A DNA stretch of 64,000 nt from Candidatus Dormiibacterota bacterium (GCA_035279665.1 DATEHI010000011.1:1157-65156), one strand, 5' to 3'; shown: positions 38,483-48,471, counted from the stretch's first letter. Notes: generated from the sequence alone by a model not told the origin. Numbers and translations are program-made.

Positions 38483-38881
38483 TCACCCCTTCAGCATCGC
38501 ATGGATCTGCCTTGCCCCTGACAGTGTGGGGCAGACCGTGTTCAAACCGAGCTCGCGGTAGACGTCCTCCCGTATCGGGTCGTAGATACGGGTAATCACG
38601 CGGGGCACCTTGAAGATCTCGCGGGCGATTTGGGCAGCCATGATGTTGCGGTTGTCGCCGTTGGTCAGCGAGGCAAACCCGTCTGCCGACTCGATTCCCG
38701 CCTGGCGGAGGACATCTTCGTCGATCCCGTTGCCAAGCACCATCTCGCCCGCGAAATCGCTGCCGAGCCGGTCGAACGCGTGCCGGTTGCTGTCGATCAC
38801 GGTGACCTGGTGGCCGGCCTTGGAGAGGGCGAGGGCCGCCATGGCGCCCACCCGGCCGCAGCCAACGATGATGAGCTTCAT
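38483..38881 (-). CDS. TrkA-N (RCK N-terminal) domain protein
   Basis: The protein has a GCGRVG Rossmann motif and is 132 aa, in tandem with the previous gene. Confidence 0.8.
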   Translation of the reverse strand: MKLIIVGCGRVGAMAALALSKAGHQVTVIDSNRHAFDRLGSDFAGEMVLGNGIDEDVLRQAGIESADGFASLTNGDNRNIMAAQIAREIFKVPRVITRIYDPIREDVYRELGLNTVCPTLSGARQIHAMLKG

Positions 38882-38903
38882 GAAGGAAGACCCATTCTAG
38901 GTC

Positions 38904-39614
38904 CTAGTGGCCGAGCGCCAGCCGAGCAGCCTCTACCGCCGGCAGCCCGGCGCGCAGGATCTTGGCCTGGGTGGTCCCGACGTCGTAGGGCACCCGCTCA
39001 AAGAGGACGGCGGGCCTGCTGAGGTCAACGACCGCGAAGGCTGCGTCCGGGTTGCCATCGCGCGGCTGCCCGACGCTGCCAGGGTTGACGAGCGCCGAGG
39101 GCGGTAGCTCGATCCAGTCTGCCCCCTCGGGAACCTGCTCGCCGCTTTCCGTGAAGATCCGCGGCAGGTGGGTGTGCCCGAAGAAGCAATACCGTTCCCC
39201 GAGGCGGACGAGGATCTCCAGCGCCTGCAGCTCGTCGAGGATGTATTCCCAGATGTAGGGTTTGCGGGGGCTGCCGTGGACGACCCGATGGCGCCCGATC
39301 CGACCGTACAAGGGCAGTTCGCCCAAGAAGTCGAGGCTGTCGGTGGTCAGGACGTCGCGCGTCCAACGGGCGGCGGCGGCCGCGTGCGGGTTGAACTGCT
39401 CCAGCAAGCTGGGATCCAGCATGGCCTGGTCGTGATTGCCACGAACGGCACGGGCCTCCACCGACTGCAGGCGCTGGATGACCTCGTTTGGCTCCGGGCC
39501 GTAGCCGACGATGTCACCCAACACGATGATCCGATCGACGTCGGGCAGCGCCCCGAGGACGGCGTCCAGGGCCTCGAGATTGCTATGGATATCGGACAGC
39601 AGGGCCAGCTTCAC
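38904..39614 (-). CDS. metallophosphoesterase (calcineurin-like phosphoesterase superfamily)
   Basis: The protein has LSDIHSN, GDIVGYGPEP, GNHD and GHTH motifs. Confidence 0.8.
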   Translation of the reverse strand: MKLALLSDIHSNLEALDAVLGALPDVDRIIVLGDIVGYGPEPNEVIQRLQSVEARAVRGNHDQAMLDPSLLEQFNPHAAAAARWTRDVLTTDSLDFLGELPLYGRIGRHRVVHGSPRKPYIWEYILDELQALEILVRLGERYCFFGHTHLPRIFTESGEQVPEGADWIELPPSALVNPGSVGQPRDGNPDAAFAVVDLSRPAVLFERVPYDVGTTQAKILRAGLPAVEAARLALGH

Positions 39615-39626
39615 GACGGCGGTCGC

Positions 39627-40700
39627 TTAAGCGTAGATGCGTTCGTGAGCGTAGATGAAGAGAATGCGCAGAGTGGCGGCGACCGGCACCGCAACGAAGA
39701 GCCCGAGGATCCCTCCCAGGTAACCCCCCACCACGAACGCGATGATAATCAGCATCGGGCTCAGGTGAACGGCGTCGCCGAACACCTTCGGGGAAATGAA
39801 GTTGTAGACGACGTTGGAGATGACGAAGTAGAGGACCAGTACGACGACGACCTTGCCCGAGGAATGCGTGACGAACGCGGCGACGGCCACCGCGGGGAGG
39901 GCGCCGAGAAATGGCCCTATGAACGGGATGAAGGCCGTCACGCCGGCGACGATCCCGAGCGCCAGTGAATAGGGAATGCCAACGATCCAGAGGGCAATCC
40001 CGGTCACGACGCCGATCAGGGCGCAGATGATCAACTGGCCCCGCATGTAGGCGCCAAGCATGCGGTAGATGTCGGCGGCGACCTCATGAGCGTCGGTGCG
40101 ATAACCCTGGGGCACGAGGTCTCGGAAGAACCGCCGGATGGCGTGGGCGTCCTTCACCAGGAAGAACGCCACGAGCAGCACCAGGACCGTCTGGAAGATC
40201 CAGTTGAGCAGCATGAAGATGTTTTCCACGACCGAGGAGAAATGGCCGGCAAGTAACGCCGGCAGGTTGCGGACGGCATCGTTGTACGACTGCCGCAGGT
40301 CAATGGGGACGCCCAGGATGGAAACGACGTGGTCCTTGGCGGCGAGGTCTTGGAAGTAGCTGGCGATCGCCGGGCCCTGCGCGACGAGCGAGGTGAACTC
40401 CTGGCTGACAATGGGGACAAGGAAAAAAACGGCGCCCGCCAGGACGGCGGCGATGATGCCATAGAGCGCAACGACGGCCACGAGCCGGGGCACGCGCCGG
40501 CGCTCGGCCGCGTTTACCACCGGGTTGAGCAGCATCGCGAGGATTCCGGCGAGGACAAAGGGTCCCAGGATGCCGCGGATGGCGAAGGCAAGGATCAGGG
40601 TTAGGGCGCCCAGGACACCCAGGAAGATCAGGGCGCGGAAGTCTCGGCTCCGCCACAGCTCATCAACCCGGCGTCGCTGGATCATCGCGGCATTATCCAC
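39627..40700 (-). CDS. AI-2E family transporter (PerM/UPF0118)
   Basis: 357 aa with 8 TM helices in the AI-2E layout. Confidence 0.8.
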   Translation of the reverse strand: MDNAAMIQRRRVDELWRSRDFRALIFLGVLGALTLILAFAIRGILGPFVLAGILAMLLNPVVNAAERRRVPRLVAVVALYGIIAAVLAGAVFFLVPIVSQEFTSLVAQGPAIASYFQDLAAKDHVVSILGVPIDLRQSYNDAVRNLPALLAGHFSSVVENIFMLLNWIFQTVLVLLVAFFLVKDAHAIRRFFRDLVPQGYRTDAHEVAADIYRMLGAYMRGQLIICALIGVVTGIALWIVGIPYSLALGIVAGVTAFIPFIGPFLGALPAVAVAAFVTHSSGKVVVVLVLYFVISNVVYNFISPKVFGDAVHLSPMLIIIAFVVGGYLGGILGLFVAVPVAATLRILFIYAHERIYA

Positions 40701-40751
40701 TCTTCAAACGAGGAATTCGAGCCCCGGCATGCGCCAATCGAGGCGCGTGGG

Positions 40752-41339
40752 CTACTGAGACGGGTTCGAGCCATACACCGGCTGGAGCTCAGCTGCGCGC
40801 TGGCTGCAGCGGATGATGAGCCAGGCGACACCGGCCGCCATCAGGAGGTCGCCAATACTGACTAACGACGAGTGGCCGCCGATGCTGGGGATGGTCAGGA
40901 TGTCGCCCATGAACCAAAGGCCCTGCGGGTGGTCGAGGGCGATGTGCAGGGGGTCGAGGCCGCCTTTGAGAAGGGCCAGGATGGGTGAGCTCGGGTCGGC
41001 GTCGCGGGGCAATAGGACCGGCATGCGGCCGCCGAAGGCAACGATCACGATCAGATTGAGTGTCAAGCCGACCCCGAAAAGCAGTGCGCCGGGGATCCGC
41101 CGGTTGAACCAGACAACCCCCAGGAGCAGGAGGGCTCCGATTATGTTCAGCGGCCTGGCAACGGTGACAGCCATCTCTGTGTGAGCGGTCCCGAGCAGCG
41201 CGACGACGACCTTGACCACAAACGCCGCCAGGAGCAACTCGATATGCCGGATGCGGACCTGGCTGAGCCGCCGCACGTCTCCGCCAATCAGGACGGCAAT
41301 GGCCAGCGCGGCAGCAATGACCGCGAAGAACAGGAACAC
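40752..41339 (-). CDS. hypothetical polytopic membrane protein
   Basis: 195 aa with 5-6 TM helices. It lies immediately downstream of the HD-GYP fusion gene. Confidence 0.5.
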   Translation of the reverse strand: MFLFFAVIAAALAIAVLIGGDVRRLSQVRIRHIELLLAAFVVKVVVALLGTAHTEMAVTVARPLNIIGALLLLGVVWFNRRIPGALLFGVGLTLNLIVIVAFGGRMPVLLPRDADPSSPILALLKGGLDPLHIALDHPQGLWFMGDILTIPSIGGHSSLVSIGDLLMAAGVAWLIIRCSQRAAELQPVYGSNPSQ

Positions 41340-41342
41340 TTC

Positions 41343-43898
41343 CTACCCGGAGGCGGCCGCCTTTAGCGGTTCAGAAACTGGCACCTTGCGCAGAGACGCG
41401 TTTCTCAGATCAGGGAAGGCGAAGCCGACCACTGCCGCACACACGAGAAGGAATCCTGCCGCAACAAACACCAGCGGCGCTCCGAGTCGATCGGTAAGTG
41501 GGCCCGACAGCCCCATCCCCGCAAGTAGACCCAGTTGGACTAAAAGGAAACGGATGGACATCACTCGGCCCCGCACCCGATCAGGAGCCTCGGCTTGGGT
41601 AACGGAAATCAATGAGACGTAGTAAATCGTGTTTGCCACTCCGCTGAGAAACAAGAAGACGGCAGCCGTCGGAACGCTTCGGGAAAATCCAGTAAGGGCA
41701 GCGGCGAGCCCGGTACCGCCAACGCCGGCAAGGATCAGGACTCCAGCAGGCCATCGGTTCATGACTCCCGGTGCGGTAAGGGCGCCGACGATGGCGCCGG
41801 CCCCAATGGCGGCTTCGAGCGCTCCATATCCGAAGGCGCCACCGCCCAGAGGCCCAAACGCCATCACCACGAGGATTGGGACTGTCAGACTACCGAAGAT
41901 TACGGCGAAAAACGTCAGTCCCATCGTCGATCGCAACGTTCGGTTGGTCAAGACGAAACGACTCCCTTCCTTGATGTCGTCCAACAACCGGACCGTACGG
42001 GCCTGAATACGACTCCGGTCCGCAACCCCGAGCAGAGTGAGTGCTGACACGATGAAGGTGGCTGCGTCCACGATGAAGAGTGGCTGCCACGAGGCGACGG
42101 CTGCGATAAGCCCGGCCAGGGAATACCCCAACAACTCCATCGTCTTCTCGGACGACGAAATGAGGCTGTTGGCCTTGACGAGGAACTCGGCCGGCACCAG
42201 GTTCGGCAGAATTGCTTGCTTGGCCGGGTTAAATAGTGTGCTCGCTGTCGCGACCAGGAAGACCACGATAAACACCGCTGGTAACCAGGTCAGGGCCAAG
42301 AAGGGGATCGTAATGGTCAGGACGGCCCGCGTGATATCGGTCAGGATCATGACCCGCTGCCGATTGAAGCGATCGACAAGTGCGCCCGCGATCAACCCAA
42401 AGAATACGGTCGGTGCGGCTTTCGCGATAAGGCCGAGTGCCACCATGGAAGGCGAGTGGGTAACCAGGTAGAGCATGATGGCCAGGCCAGTCGTATTCAT
42501 CATGTCGCCGAAGTAGGAAATGGCCTGCCCGATCCACAGTAGACGAAAGGGTCTGATAGCGAGGACTTCTCGGAAGCGAATTGATCGTGCGGCTGGAGCG
42601 ACAGGCCCCTCCAGGTGGACACCCCACCGCTCAGCGACGATCCTTTCGAGCGCGGCGATTACTTTCGGGTCGTACCACGTCCCTGCGAGGCTGTGGAGTT
42701 CGCGTATCGCTTCCTCGGGGGTCTTGACCGTTGGTCGAAAGACCCGCGCCTGGGTGATGGTATCGAAGGCGTCGCACGCGTTAACGATTCGAGAGCCAAT
42801 CGGTATCTCTTCGGCCCTGATACCGTCGGGATACCCTGCCCCGTCCCACCTCTCGTGGTGATGACGCAGTATCTCCGAGACTTCTCTTTGCTCGGGGTGC
42901 TCCGCGAGAATCTGGGCGCCCTCAACGGGATGGGTCTTGATGATCTCGTACTCTTCGGGGGTCAACTTTCCAGGCTTGAGCAGGATCGAATCGGGAATGG
43001 CGATCTTCCCGAGGTCATGGAGAATGCCACCGACCCTGATCGTGTTGGATGCCTCGTCAGACATACCCAGCAGGCGTGCCACCGATTCGCTAAGTTCGCC
43101 GACACGTTGGGAGTGACCAAATGTCTGGCCGTCGCGCTTGTCAACGACGCGGCTCTGCATGATGTACGAGTCGCGCAACCAAGTATCAAGTTGGCGCTGT
43201 TTCTGGATACTGGCTCGGTAGATGAGAAGCGGTGCGTATAGCAAGAAGACCACGAGCCGGTCGGTAAACCGCGGGCCCGCGACCAGGTGAGCCACGAGCA
43301 CACCCGTTAGCGGAAGCGCCAGGTAGGTAAGTGCATTGCCGGAGAGCGCCCCCTTGATTGTTGCGATCAATCCAGTTCCCCGCACCAGGCTGATCGAGGT
43401 GGCCATCAATGTCGTGTTCAGGGCGATTGTCATCACGGCTGCCAGGAACAAGAGAAATGGCGTTGTAGTTGGGCTGTGTTGGAGGCCATCCGAAACCAGG
43501 AGACTAGGGATGCCATACGAGAGAATCCACATCCCGCGGTTGAAGGCAAATCGGTTCCACGGAATCTGCTTTCCCGGAACCCGGAGGTCGATGGTGCCGA
43601 GGGCAGCCGCGGTCATCACCGCCCAGGGAGGCAGTGGCAAGGCGACGGCGCCGAAGAGCGGCGCCAGGGTGACCGACAGCGAGCCTCCGCCGCGGGTCTC
43701 AATCGGGGCGAGACCGGACAGAAACGTCAGCACGAGCAGGACCAACAGCTCCTGATAGGTGCTATCGGTAAGCAGGTCGGCGCCGCTCCGCCACGGTGCG
43801 GCTTGCACCAAGGTCCAGATCCAGAGCGCCAAGCCACCGACCGCTATGGCCCAGATGTAACGAGGGGCGAGCCAGCTACGGCGCATCCAAGAGCCCAC
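41343..43898 (-). CDS. three-part fusion: N-terminal 7-TM sensor region, HD-GYP phosphodiesterase domain and C-terminal complete MFS transporter domain
   Basis: 851-aa uninterrupted ORF. Residues 1-230 are polytopic. Residues 250-420 carry HD (GGILHDLGK) and HHERWDGAGYP motifs. From residue ~445 there is a canonical MFS start, RPFRLLWIGQAISYFGDMMNTTGLAIML, with 12 TM helices. No in-frame ATG/GTG/TTG occurs at the domain junction. Confidence 0.75.
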   Translation of the reverse strand: MGSWMRRSWLAPRYIWAIAVGGLALWIWTLVQAAPWRSGADLLTDSTYQELLVLLVLTFLSGLAPIETRGGGSLSVTLAPLFGAVALPLPPWAVMTAAALGTIDLRVPGKQIPWNRFAFNRGMWILSYGIPSLLVSDGLQHSPTTTPFLLFLAAVMTIALNTTLMATSISLVRGTGLIATIKGALSGNALTYLALPLTGVLVAHLVAGPRFTDRLVVFLLYAPLLIYRASIQKQRQLDTWLRDSYIMQSRVVDKRDGQTFGHSQRVGELSESVARLLGMSDEASNTIRVGGILHDLGKIAIPDSILLKPGKLTPEEYEIIKTHPVEGAQILAEHPEQREVSEILRHHHERWDGAGYPDGIRAEEIPIGSRIVNACDAFDTITQARVFRPTVKTPEEAIRELHSLAGTWYDPKVIAALERIVAERWGVHLEGPVAPAARSIRFREVLAIRPFRLLWIGQAISYFGDMMNTTGLAIMLYLVTHSPSMVALGLIAKAAPTVFFGLIAGALVDRFNRQRVMILTDITRAVLTITIPFLALTWLPAVFIVVFLVATASTLFNPAKQAILPNLVPAEFLVKANSLISSSEKTMELLGYSLAGLIAAVASWQPLFIVDAATFIVSALTLLGVADRSRIQARTVRLLDDIKEGSRFVLTNRTLRSTMGLTFFAVIFGSLTVPILVVMAFGPLGGGAFGYGALEAAIGAGAIVGALTAPGVMNRWPAGVLILAGVGGTGLAAALTGFSRSVPTAAVFLFLSGVANTIYYVSLISVTQAEAPDRVRGRVMSIRFLLVQLGLLAGMGLSGPLTDRLGAPLVFVAAGFLLVCAAVVGFAFPDLRNASLRKVPVSEPLKAAASG

Positions 43899-43940
43899 AG
43901 TATCCTATGGGATAACTTCTGTACCCACCGTTTCTGGCCG

Positions 43941-43972
43941 CAAAAAAAGCCCGGGCTCTTGCCCGGGCTTCT
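43941..43972 (-). terminator. rho-independent terminator (AGCCCGGGC-AAGA-GCCCGGGCTTTTTTTG on the minus strand)
   Basis: A perfect 9-bp GC stem is followed by a T7 run on the minus strand, downstream of the RR/HK/small-peptide transcription unit. Confidence 0.6.
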
Positions 43973-43985
43973 TTATATCAGCGAG

Positions 43986-44057
43986 CTACCAACCCCAGCC
44001 GGCGCCGCCGGCCACGATGGCACCAAGCAGGCCGACGACAACGACAATCAACTTCTT
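43986..44057 (-). CDS. 23-aa hydrophobic micro-protein (MKKLIVVVVGLLGAIVAGGAGWGW)
   Basis: An RBS-like GGGGGTGG lies 6 nt upstream of the ATG. It is a single TM helix between the two-component operon and a strong terminator. Confidence 0.3.
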   Translation of the reverse strand, partial: KKLIVVVVGLLGAIVAGGAGWGW

Positions 44058-44202
44058 CATCGCGACCACCCCCACGTATAAGATTCCTCGAAAGCCGCGC
44101 AGAGGACTCCCTTGGTATTCACCAAGGTAGCGCCCTCGGACCGCCGCGTAAATCTGTCCACAGGTCGCCAGACCGACCTGTTGATAGCGAACTAATGTTC
44201 GG

Positions 44203-44847
44203 CTAGATGTCCAGTTGGACCGCTTGTGCTGCCGCCTCGGCGCGGGTTCGCACCTGGAGCTTGCGGTAGATGTTCCGGAGATGCGACTTGATCGTCCCCT
44301 CACCCAGGCCCAGGCGATTGGCGATCGCCTTGTTGCTCATCCCCACAACCACCATCCGGAGGATCTGGGTCTCGCGCTCGGTGAGCGGTTCCGCCAGGGG
44401 CCGGCGCGATCTCTTTAGGGTTGAGCCCAGCCGCACGATGACCCGGCGGGTCAGCTGGTCATCGAGCTGGAAGTGGCCGGCGTGGGCTTCCTGGATGCTG
44501 CGGGCCAGGCTCGCCGGGTCGACATCCTTCAACACATAGCCGGACGCCCCTGCGGCGACCATCTCGACAATGTCCTCTTCCGCCTCGGAGATCGTCAGGG
44601 CCAGCACCACCCGGTCGGGGTTCTCCTCCTTGATGGCGCGGGTGGCGGCGATTCCGCCCATTTCCGGCATGTTGAGGTCCATGAGGATCACGTCCGGCTT
44701 CAGCCGCCGGGATCGCTCGACCGCCTGCCGTCCGGTCATCGCTTCGCCCACGATGTCGATCTCGGGGAAGTCGCGCAGCATGCCCTGGACACCAGCCCGG
44801 AAAATGGGCCGATCGTCGGCGATCAGGACGCGGACCCGATCGTTCAC
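44203..44847 (-). CDS. NarL/FixJ-family response regulator (REC + LuxR HTH)
   Basis: The receiver domain shows DDRPIFR...DLNMP. The C-terminal LuxR HTH is LTERETQILRMVVVGMSNKAIANRL. Confidence 0.9.
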   Translation of the reverse strand: MNDRVRVLIADDRPIFRAGVQGMLRDFPEIDIVGEAMTGRQAVERSRRLKPDVILMDLNMPEMGGIAATRAIKEENPDRVVLALTISEAEEDIVEMVAAGASGYVLKDVDPASLARSIQEAHAGHFQLDDQLTRRVIVRLGSTLKRSRRPLAEPLTERETQILRMVVVGMSNKAIANRLGLGEGTIKSHLRNIYRKLQVRTRAEAAAQAVQLDI

Positions 44848-46496
44848 TCGGCCCGGTCCGCAGGGCCGATGAGCGTCACGACGGTGCCTTCCAACGATTG
44901 GCTCACGATTTCGAGCGTTCCCCCCATCAGCTCGGCCCGCTCGCGCATCCCCACCAGTCCGTAGGAGCCGACTTTCCGGGGGTCTTCGGCCACCCGGCGC
45001 ACGTCAAAGCCGCGGCCGTCGTCGCGGACTGTCATCACCCAGGGAGCCGATGACAGATCGAGGACGACCCAGAGGTTGCGCGCTCGCGAGTGCTTGCGGA
45101 CGTTCGAGAGGCTCTCACGGAGCACCTGGAAGATGACCTCCTTCTGCTCCGCGGCGATGGTGTTCTCCTCGCCGCGAATGTTGACGTTGGTTTCGACCAG
45201 GTTCACCCGCCCGAACTGGTCGACCAGCTTCAACAGCGAGGCCAGCAACCCCTCGGAACGGATGGTTTTAGGCCGCAGCGACTGCAGGATGTTGCGCGCA
45301 CCGCCCAGGATCTCCTCCGACATTGAGCGCAGCTGCGGCAGCAACTGGCTCGCATCGTCAGGATCGCGCTCCCGGCGTTGTTCGTAATACTTGAAGAGCG
45401 CGACTACCGCCGCCAGGTCGGAGGCGAGCCCGTCGTGGATCTCGCGGGCCAGGTTCAGCCGCTCCTGCAGGACGGCGACCTCCGCGACTTTGCTGGCCAG
45501 GCTGTGTGCCCGCAGCGCGGCCACCGCCTCTACCGCCAGGTCCTCCAGCCGGACGGCATCGCGCCGGTCCAGCCGCCATGGAGTGCGCCGCAGAAGGGCC
45601 AGCACCCCGATCGGCCGCTCGAGTGGAGGCGATAGGGCAATCGCGGCGAACCCCCGGTAGCCGGCGTCCACCCACGCGGACTCGTCCGGGGTCAGTTCCT
45701 CGTTTGCGAGGTCCTCGACGGTGAAGACCTCGTTATGCTCGAGGGCTTTCCGGAGGAGACCACTGCTGATGGATGCGACGCCCTCGGGTGCCGCCAGCGA
45801 CTCCGTCGGGACGCCGGCGCGAAGGACGAAGCGCCGCTGCTCGCCTAGCGTGTACACCTGACTGGCGTCCACCTGGAGCAGATCGAGAGCTTGCTGGGCC
45901 GCCGCCAGCAGGATGGTCTGAAGGTAGCCGGCCATCTGCTCGGGTACCAGACGCGCAGCCGGGACCTCGGCCGAGGCGGGCGCCGGTTGGGTCGGCGGCC
46001 CAGGTGCCGCGGTGTCGGCTGGTTCAGTCGCCACCTCGGGAGGTGGCGGCGCGGTGATGGCTGGGGCTGGTTCCGGCGAAGGCTCGGGAGGCGCGGGTGT
46101 GACGGCGACCGGTTCAGTGGCTGCCTCGGGAGCCGACGGTGTAACAGCGACCGGCTCCACTGGAGCCTCGGGAACAGTTGGCTCGGGGCGGATGGCAGGC
46201 TGGGTCCGCTCCATCGAGCGGGCGAAGAGCTCGAAGAAGTGGTCGAGCACCGCGCGCTCGTCCGGACTCAGCTCGCCGTTCACGCCGGCGATCATCTCGG
46301 CAGCACTAGCGCGGGGCTCGTGCCACGCCGCGCCGGACTCGGCCGTACCGCGGCGGAGCCGGCGGATCAGCTCACGAAGCCGCTCGGCAGCCGCCGCCCG
46401 CTCTTCATCGCTCGGCTCGCGGGCGCGGACATGCGCCAGCTGCTCCGCAATTTCCGGGAAGTTGACCTCGAGGTAGTGAACAAGGACGTCGTGCAT
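44844..46496 (-). CDS. sensor histidine kinase (GAF-like + HisKA_3 + HATPase_c) with a proline-rich tandem-repeat linker
   Basis: The H-box is REIHDGLASDLAAV, followed by an ATPase G-box. The N-terminus carries EPVAVTPSAPEAATEPVAVTPAPPEPSPEP repeats. It overlaps the RR start. Confidence 0.85.
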   Translation of the reverse strand: MHDVLVHYLEVNFPEIAEQLAHVRAREPSDEERAAAAERLRELIRRLRRGTAESGAAWHEPRASAAEMIAGVNGELSPDERAVLDHFFELFARSMERTQPAIRPEPTVPEAPVEPVAVTPSAPEAATEPVAVTPAPPEPSPEPAPAITAPPPPEVATEPADTAAPGPPTQPAPASAEVPAARLVPEQMAGYLQTILLAAAQQALDLLQVDASQVYTLGEQRRFVLRAGVPTESLAAPEGVASISSGLLRKALEHNEVFTVEDLANEELTPDESAWVDAGYRGFAAIALSPPLERPIGVLALLRRTPWRLDRRDAVRLEDLAVEAVAALRAHSLASKVAEVAVLQERLNLAREIHDGLASDLAAVVALFKYYEQRRERDPDDASQLLPQLRSMSEEILGGARNILQSLRPKTIRSEGLLASLLKLVDQFGRVNLVETNVNIRGEENTIAAEQKEVIFQVLRESLSNVRKHSRARNLWVVLDLSSAPWVMTVRDDGRGFDVRRVAEDPRKVGSYGLVGMRERAELMGGTLEIVSQSLEGTVVTLIGPADRAE

Positions 46497-46659
46497 TGTC
46501 TTTTGAGTAGGGACTTCAAACTATCGAAGTCGGGAAAGAAAGTTTTGTCAAGGGCAGTTCGGCGGATGTCCGTTAAGACGATAACCGTGTACAAAGATGT
46601 TACGGGAGCCAAAGCTATAATGGCTAAGTCGCGGCTTTCCCCAGGACTTGTGATCTTTA

Positions 46660-48153
46660 TTGACTGCTGAAACCGCCAGCATCCGGCTTTCCTACATCAT
46701 CAACCACGATGTGACGAAGGCCGCGATGCAGAACTTCTCGGCCCGGACGGGCATATCCCTGGCTGCCGACTCCACAGACGGCTACCAGATCCCGCCCGGG
46801 CTACCGCAGAACGATTTCTGCCTGATCATGCAGAACTTTGGACGCTGCGAAATGGTGCCCAACGCCTCGGCGCCGCTTCACGGTGATGAGCCCCAGCTGC
46901 GCTATGACGGCGCACAGATCGGGCACTTGATCGTCCCCATCTGCGACGGCCGCCACCTGCTCGGGCGGTTGGTCAGCGAGCCATTCGCCGTTACGAAGCC
47001 GGAGTTCGCGACGGTCTACGAGCTGGCGCGCGCGCTCCCGGTGCATCCGGACAATCTGATGCGCGCGGTGCAGTCAGTACCCGTCGTTTCCCAGCCGCAA
47101 ATCATGGAAGCGGCCAACCTCGTTCACACGCTGGTGCAGCACGTAGTCGCCCAGAATTACAAACACCAGGACGAGCTCACGGTGCTGCGCGCCTTCGACA
47201 GCATCATGACCAATCTCAGTTACGAAGTCCTGAGCGACATGATCCTCAACCTGGGGACCCGGCTGCTCCGCGGCCAGGCATCCCTTCTGTTCCTCGCCGG
47301 TGAGCAAGGACAGCGCGAAGAAGCCTATACGGGGCCGGAACCCAATGGCACCGGCGACCTTCGCCGGCTGCTGGTCGAAATGTCGGACTTCGTCCTGCAG
47401 TCGAAGCGGCCGCTGTCCGTCCCGGACGCCTCGCAAAGCCCCTGGACGCAACACCTGCTGGGCCGCCATGACGTACAGGGCTCGATCACGATCACGCCGC
47501 TTCTCCAGCAGGATCGCCTTCGCGGCACGCTCGGCATTTATGCGACCGACGCCAGCCGCGACCCGGAGTCGGACCTCCACCTACTTTCGATGCTCGCGGC
47601 GCAGGCCGTCAACAGCCTGGTCATGCTCGAGCGGTTGGTCGCCAGTGAGGAGCAGGCGCTCACGGACAGCCTCACCGGCCTCTACAACTACCGCTTCTTC
47701 CAGGAGAGCCTGCAGCGCGAGCTGAGCCGGGCCTCGCGCAGCAAGGCCCCCCTATCCCTGATCGTGCTCGACCTGGACAATTTCAAGGTCATCAACGACA
47801 ACTACGGCCATCCCGTGGGCGACCGCGTGCTTCGTCACCTCGCCGATCTGATCCAGCGCCACAGCCGCAAGGCGAACGTCGTCGTCCGCTACGGCGGCGA
47901 CGAATTCTGCATCATCGTCCCGGAGGGCGACCTCGATACGGCGCGGGGGGTCGCCGAGCGCGTGCTCACCGAAATCCGCAACAGCCCTTACGGCGACGAG
48001 GCCCATGGCGTGCCACCCGTGACCCTCACGGTCAGCGCCGGCGTCACCGCCTACCGCCCCGAGGAGGACAACGCTTTTTCCTTCTTCAAGCGGGCCGACG
48101 AGAACCTGCTCACCGCCAAGCGCACCGGTAAGGACCGCGTCGTCGCCGAATAA
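46660..48153 (+). CDS. diguanylate cyclase (N-terminal sensor + GAF-like + GGDEF)
   Basis: The C-terminal domain has the GGDEF motifs DNFKVINDNYGHPVGD and RYGGDEF. Confidence 0.85.
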   Translation: MTAETASIRLSYIINHDVTKAAMQNFSARTGISLAADSTDGYQIPPGLPQNDFCLIMQNFGRCEMVPNASAPLHGDEPQLRYDGAQIGHLIVPICDGRHLLGRLVSEPFAVTKPEFATVYELARALPVHPDNLMRAVQSVPVVSQPQIMEAANLVHTLVQHVVAQNYKHQDELTVLRAFDSIMTNLSYEVLSDMILNLGTRLLRGQASLLFLAGEQGQREEAYTGPEPNGTGDLRRLLVEMSDFVLQSKRPLSVPDASQSPWTQHLLGRHDVQGSITITPLLQQDRLRGTLGIYATDASRDPESDLHLLSMLAAQAVNSLVMLERLVASEEQALTDSLTGLYNYRFFQESLQRELSRASRSKAPLSLIVLDLDNFKVINDNYGHPVGDRVLRHLADLIQRHSRKANVVVRYGGDEFCIIVPEGDLDTARGVAERVLTEIRNSPYGDEAHGVPPVTLTVSAGVTAYRPEEDNAFSFFKRADENLLTAKRTGKDRVVAE

Positions 48154-48154
48154 G

Positions 48155-48430
48155 TCAGCGGCGCCGGTAAGGCCGCCCCATCGCTCGGCGAAGCAGCCAC
48201 GGGATGGTGGCCGCCACGAGCGGCTGACCCAGGAACGAGGACAGCGTTTCTAGCTTGGGGAACAACTCTGAGGCCGTGTGCTCCAGGGCAAAGCCGTGCT
48301 CGTTGAGCCGGGTCGTCAATCGTTCTAACTCGGTCGCTTCCTCCAGGGCGTAGGCGGAAAGCTCGGCGGCGCGCCGTGATGTCCGGCGATAGGCGCGCCA
48401 CACGGAAACGATCGCGTAGATGAGCAACAC
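48155..48430 (-). CDS. small hypothetical protein (N-terminal TM helix + coiled coil)
   Basis: 91-aa ORF with a GTG start 40 nt after the gyrA stop. The assignment is uncertain. Confidence 0.3.
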   Translation of the reverse strand: MLLIYAIVSVWRAYRRTSRRAAELSAYALEEATELERLTTRLNEHGFALEHTASELFPKLETLSSFLGQPLVAATIPWLLRRAMGRPYRRR

Positions 48431-48471
48431 CAGGCCGATGGCGGCCAGGGCGATGGCGATCGCAGCGAGCG

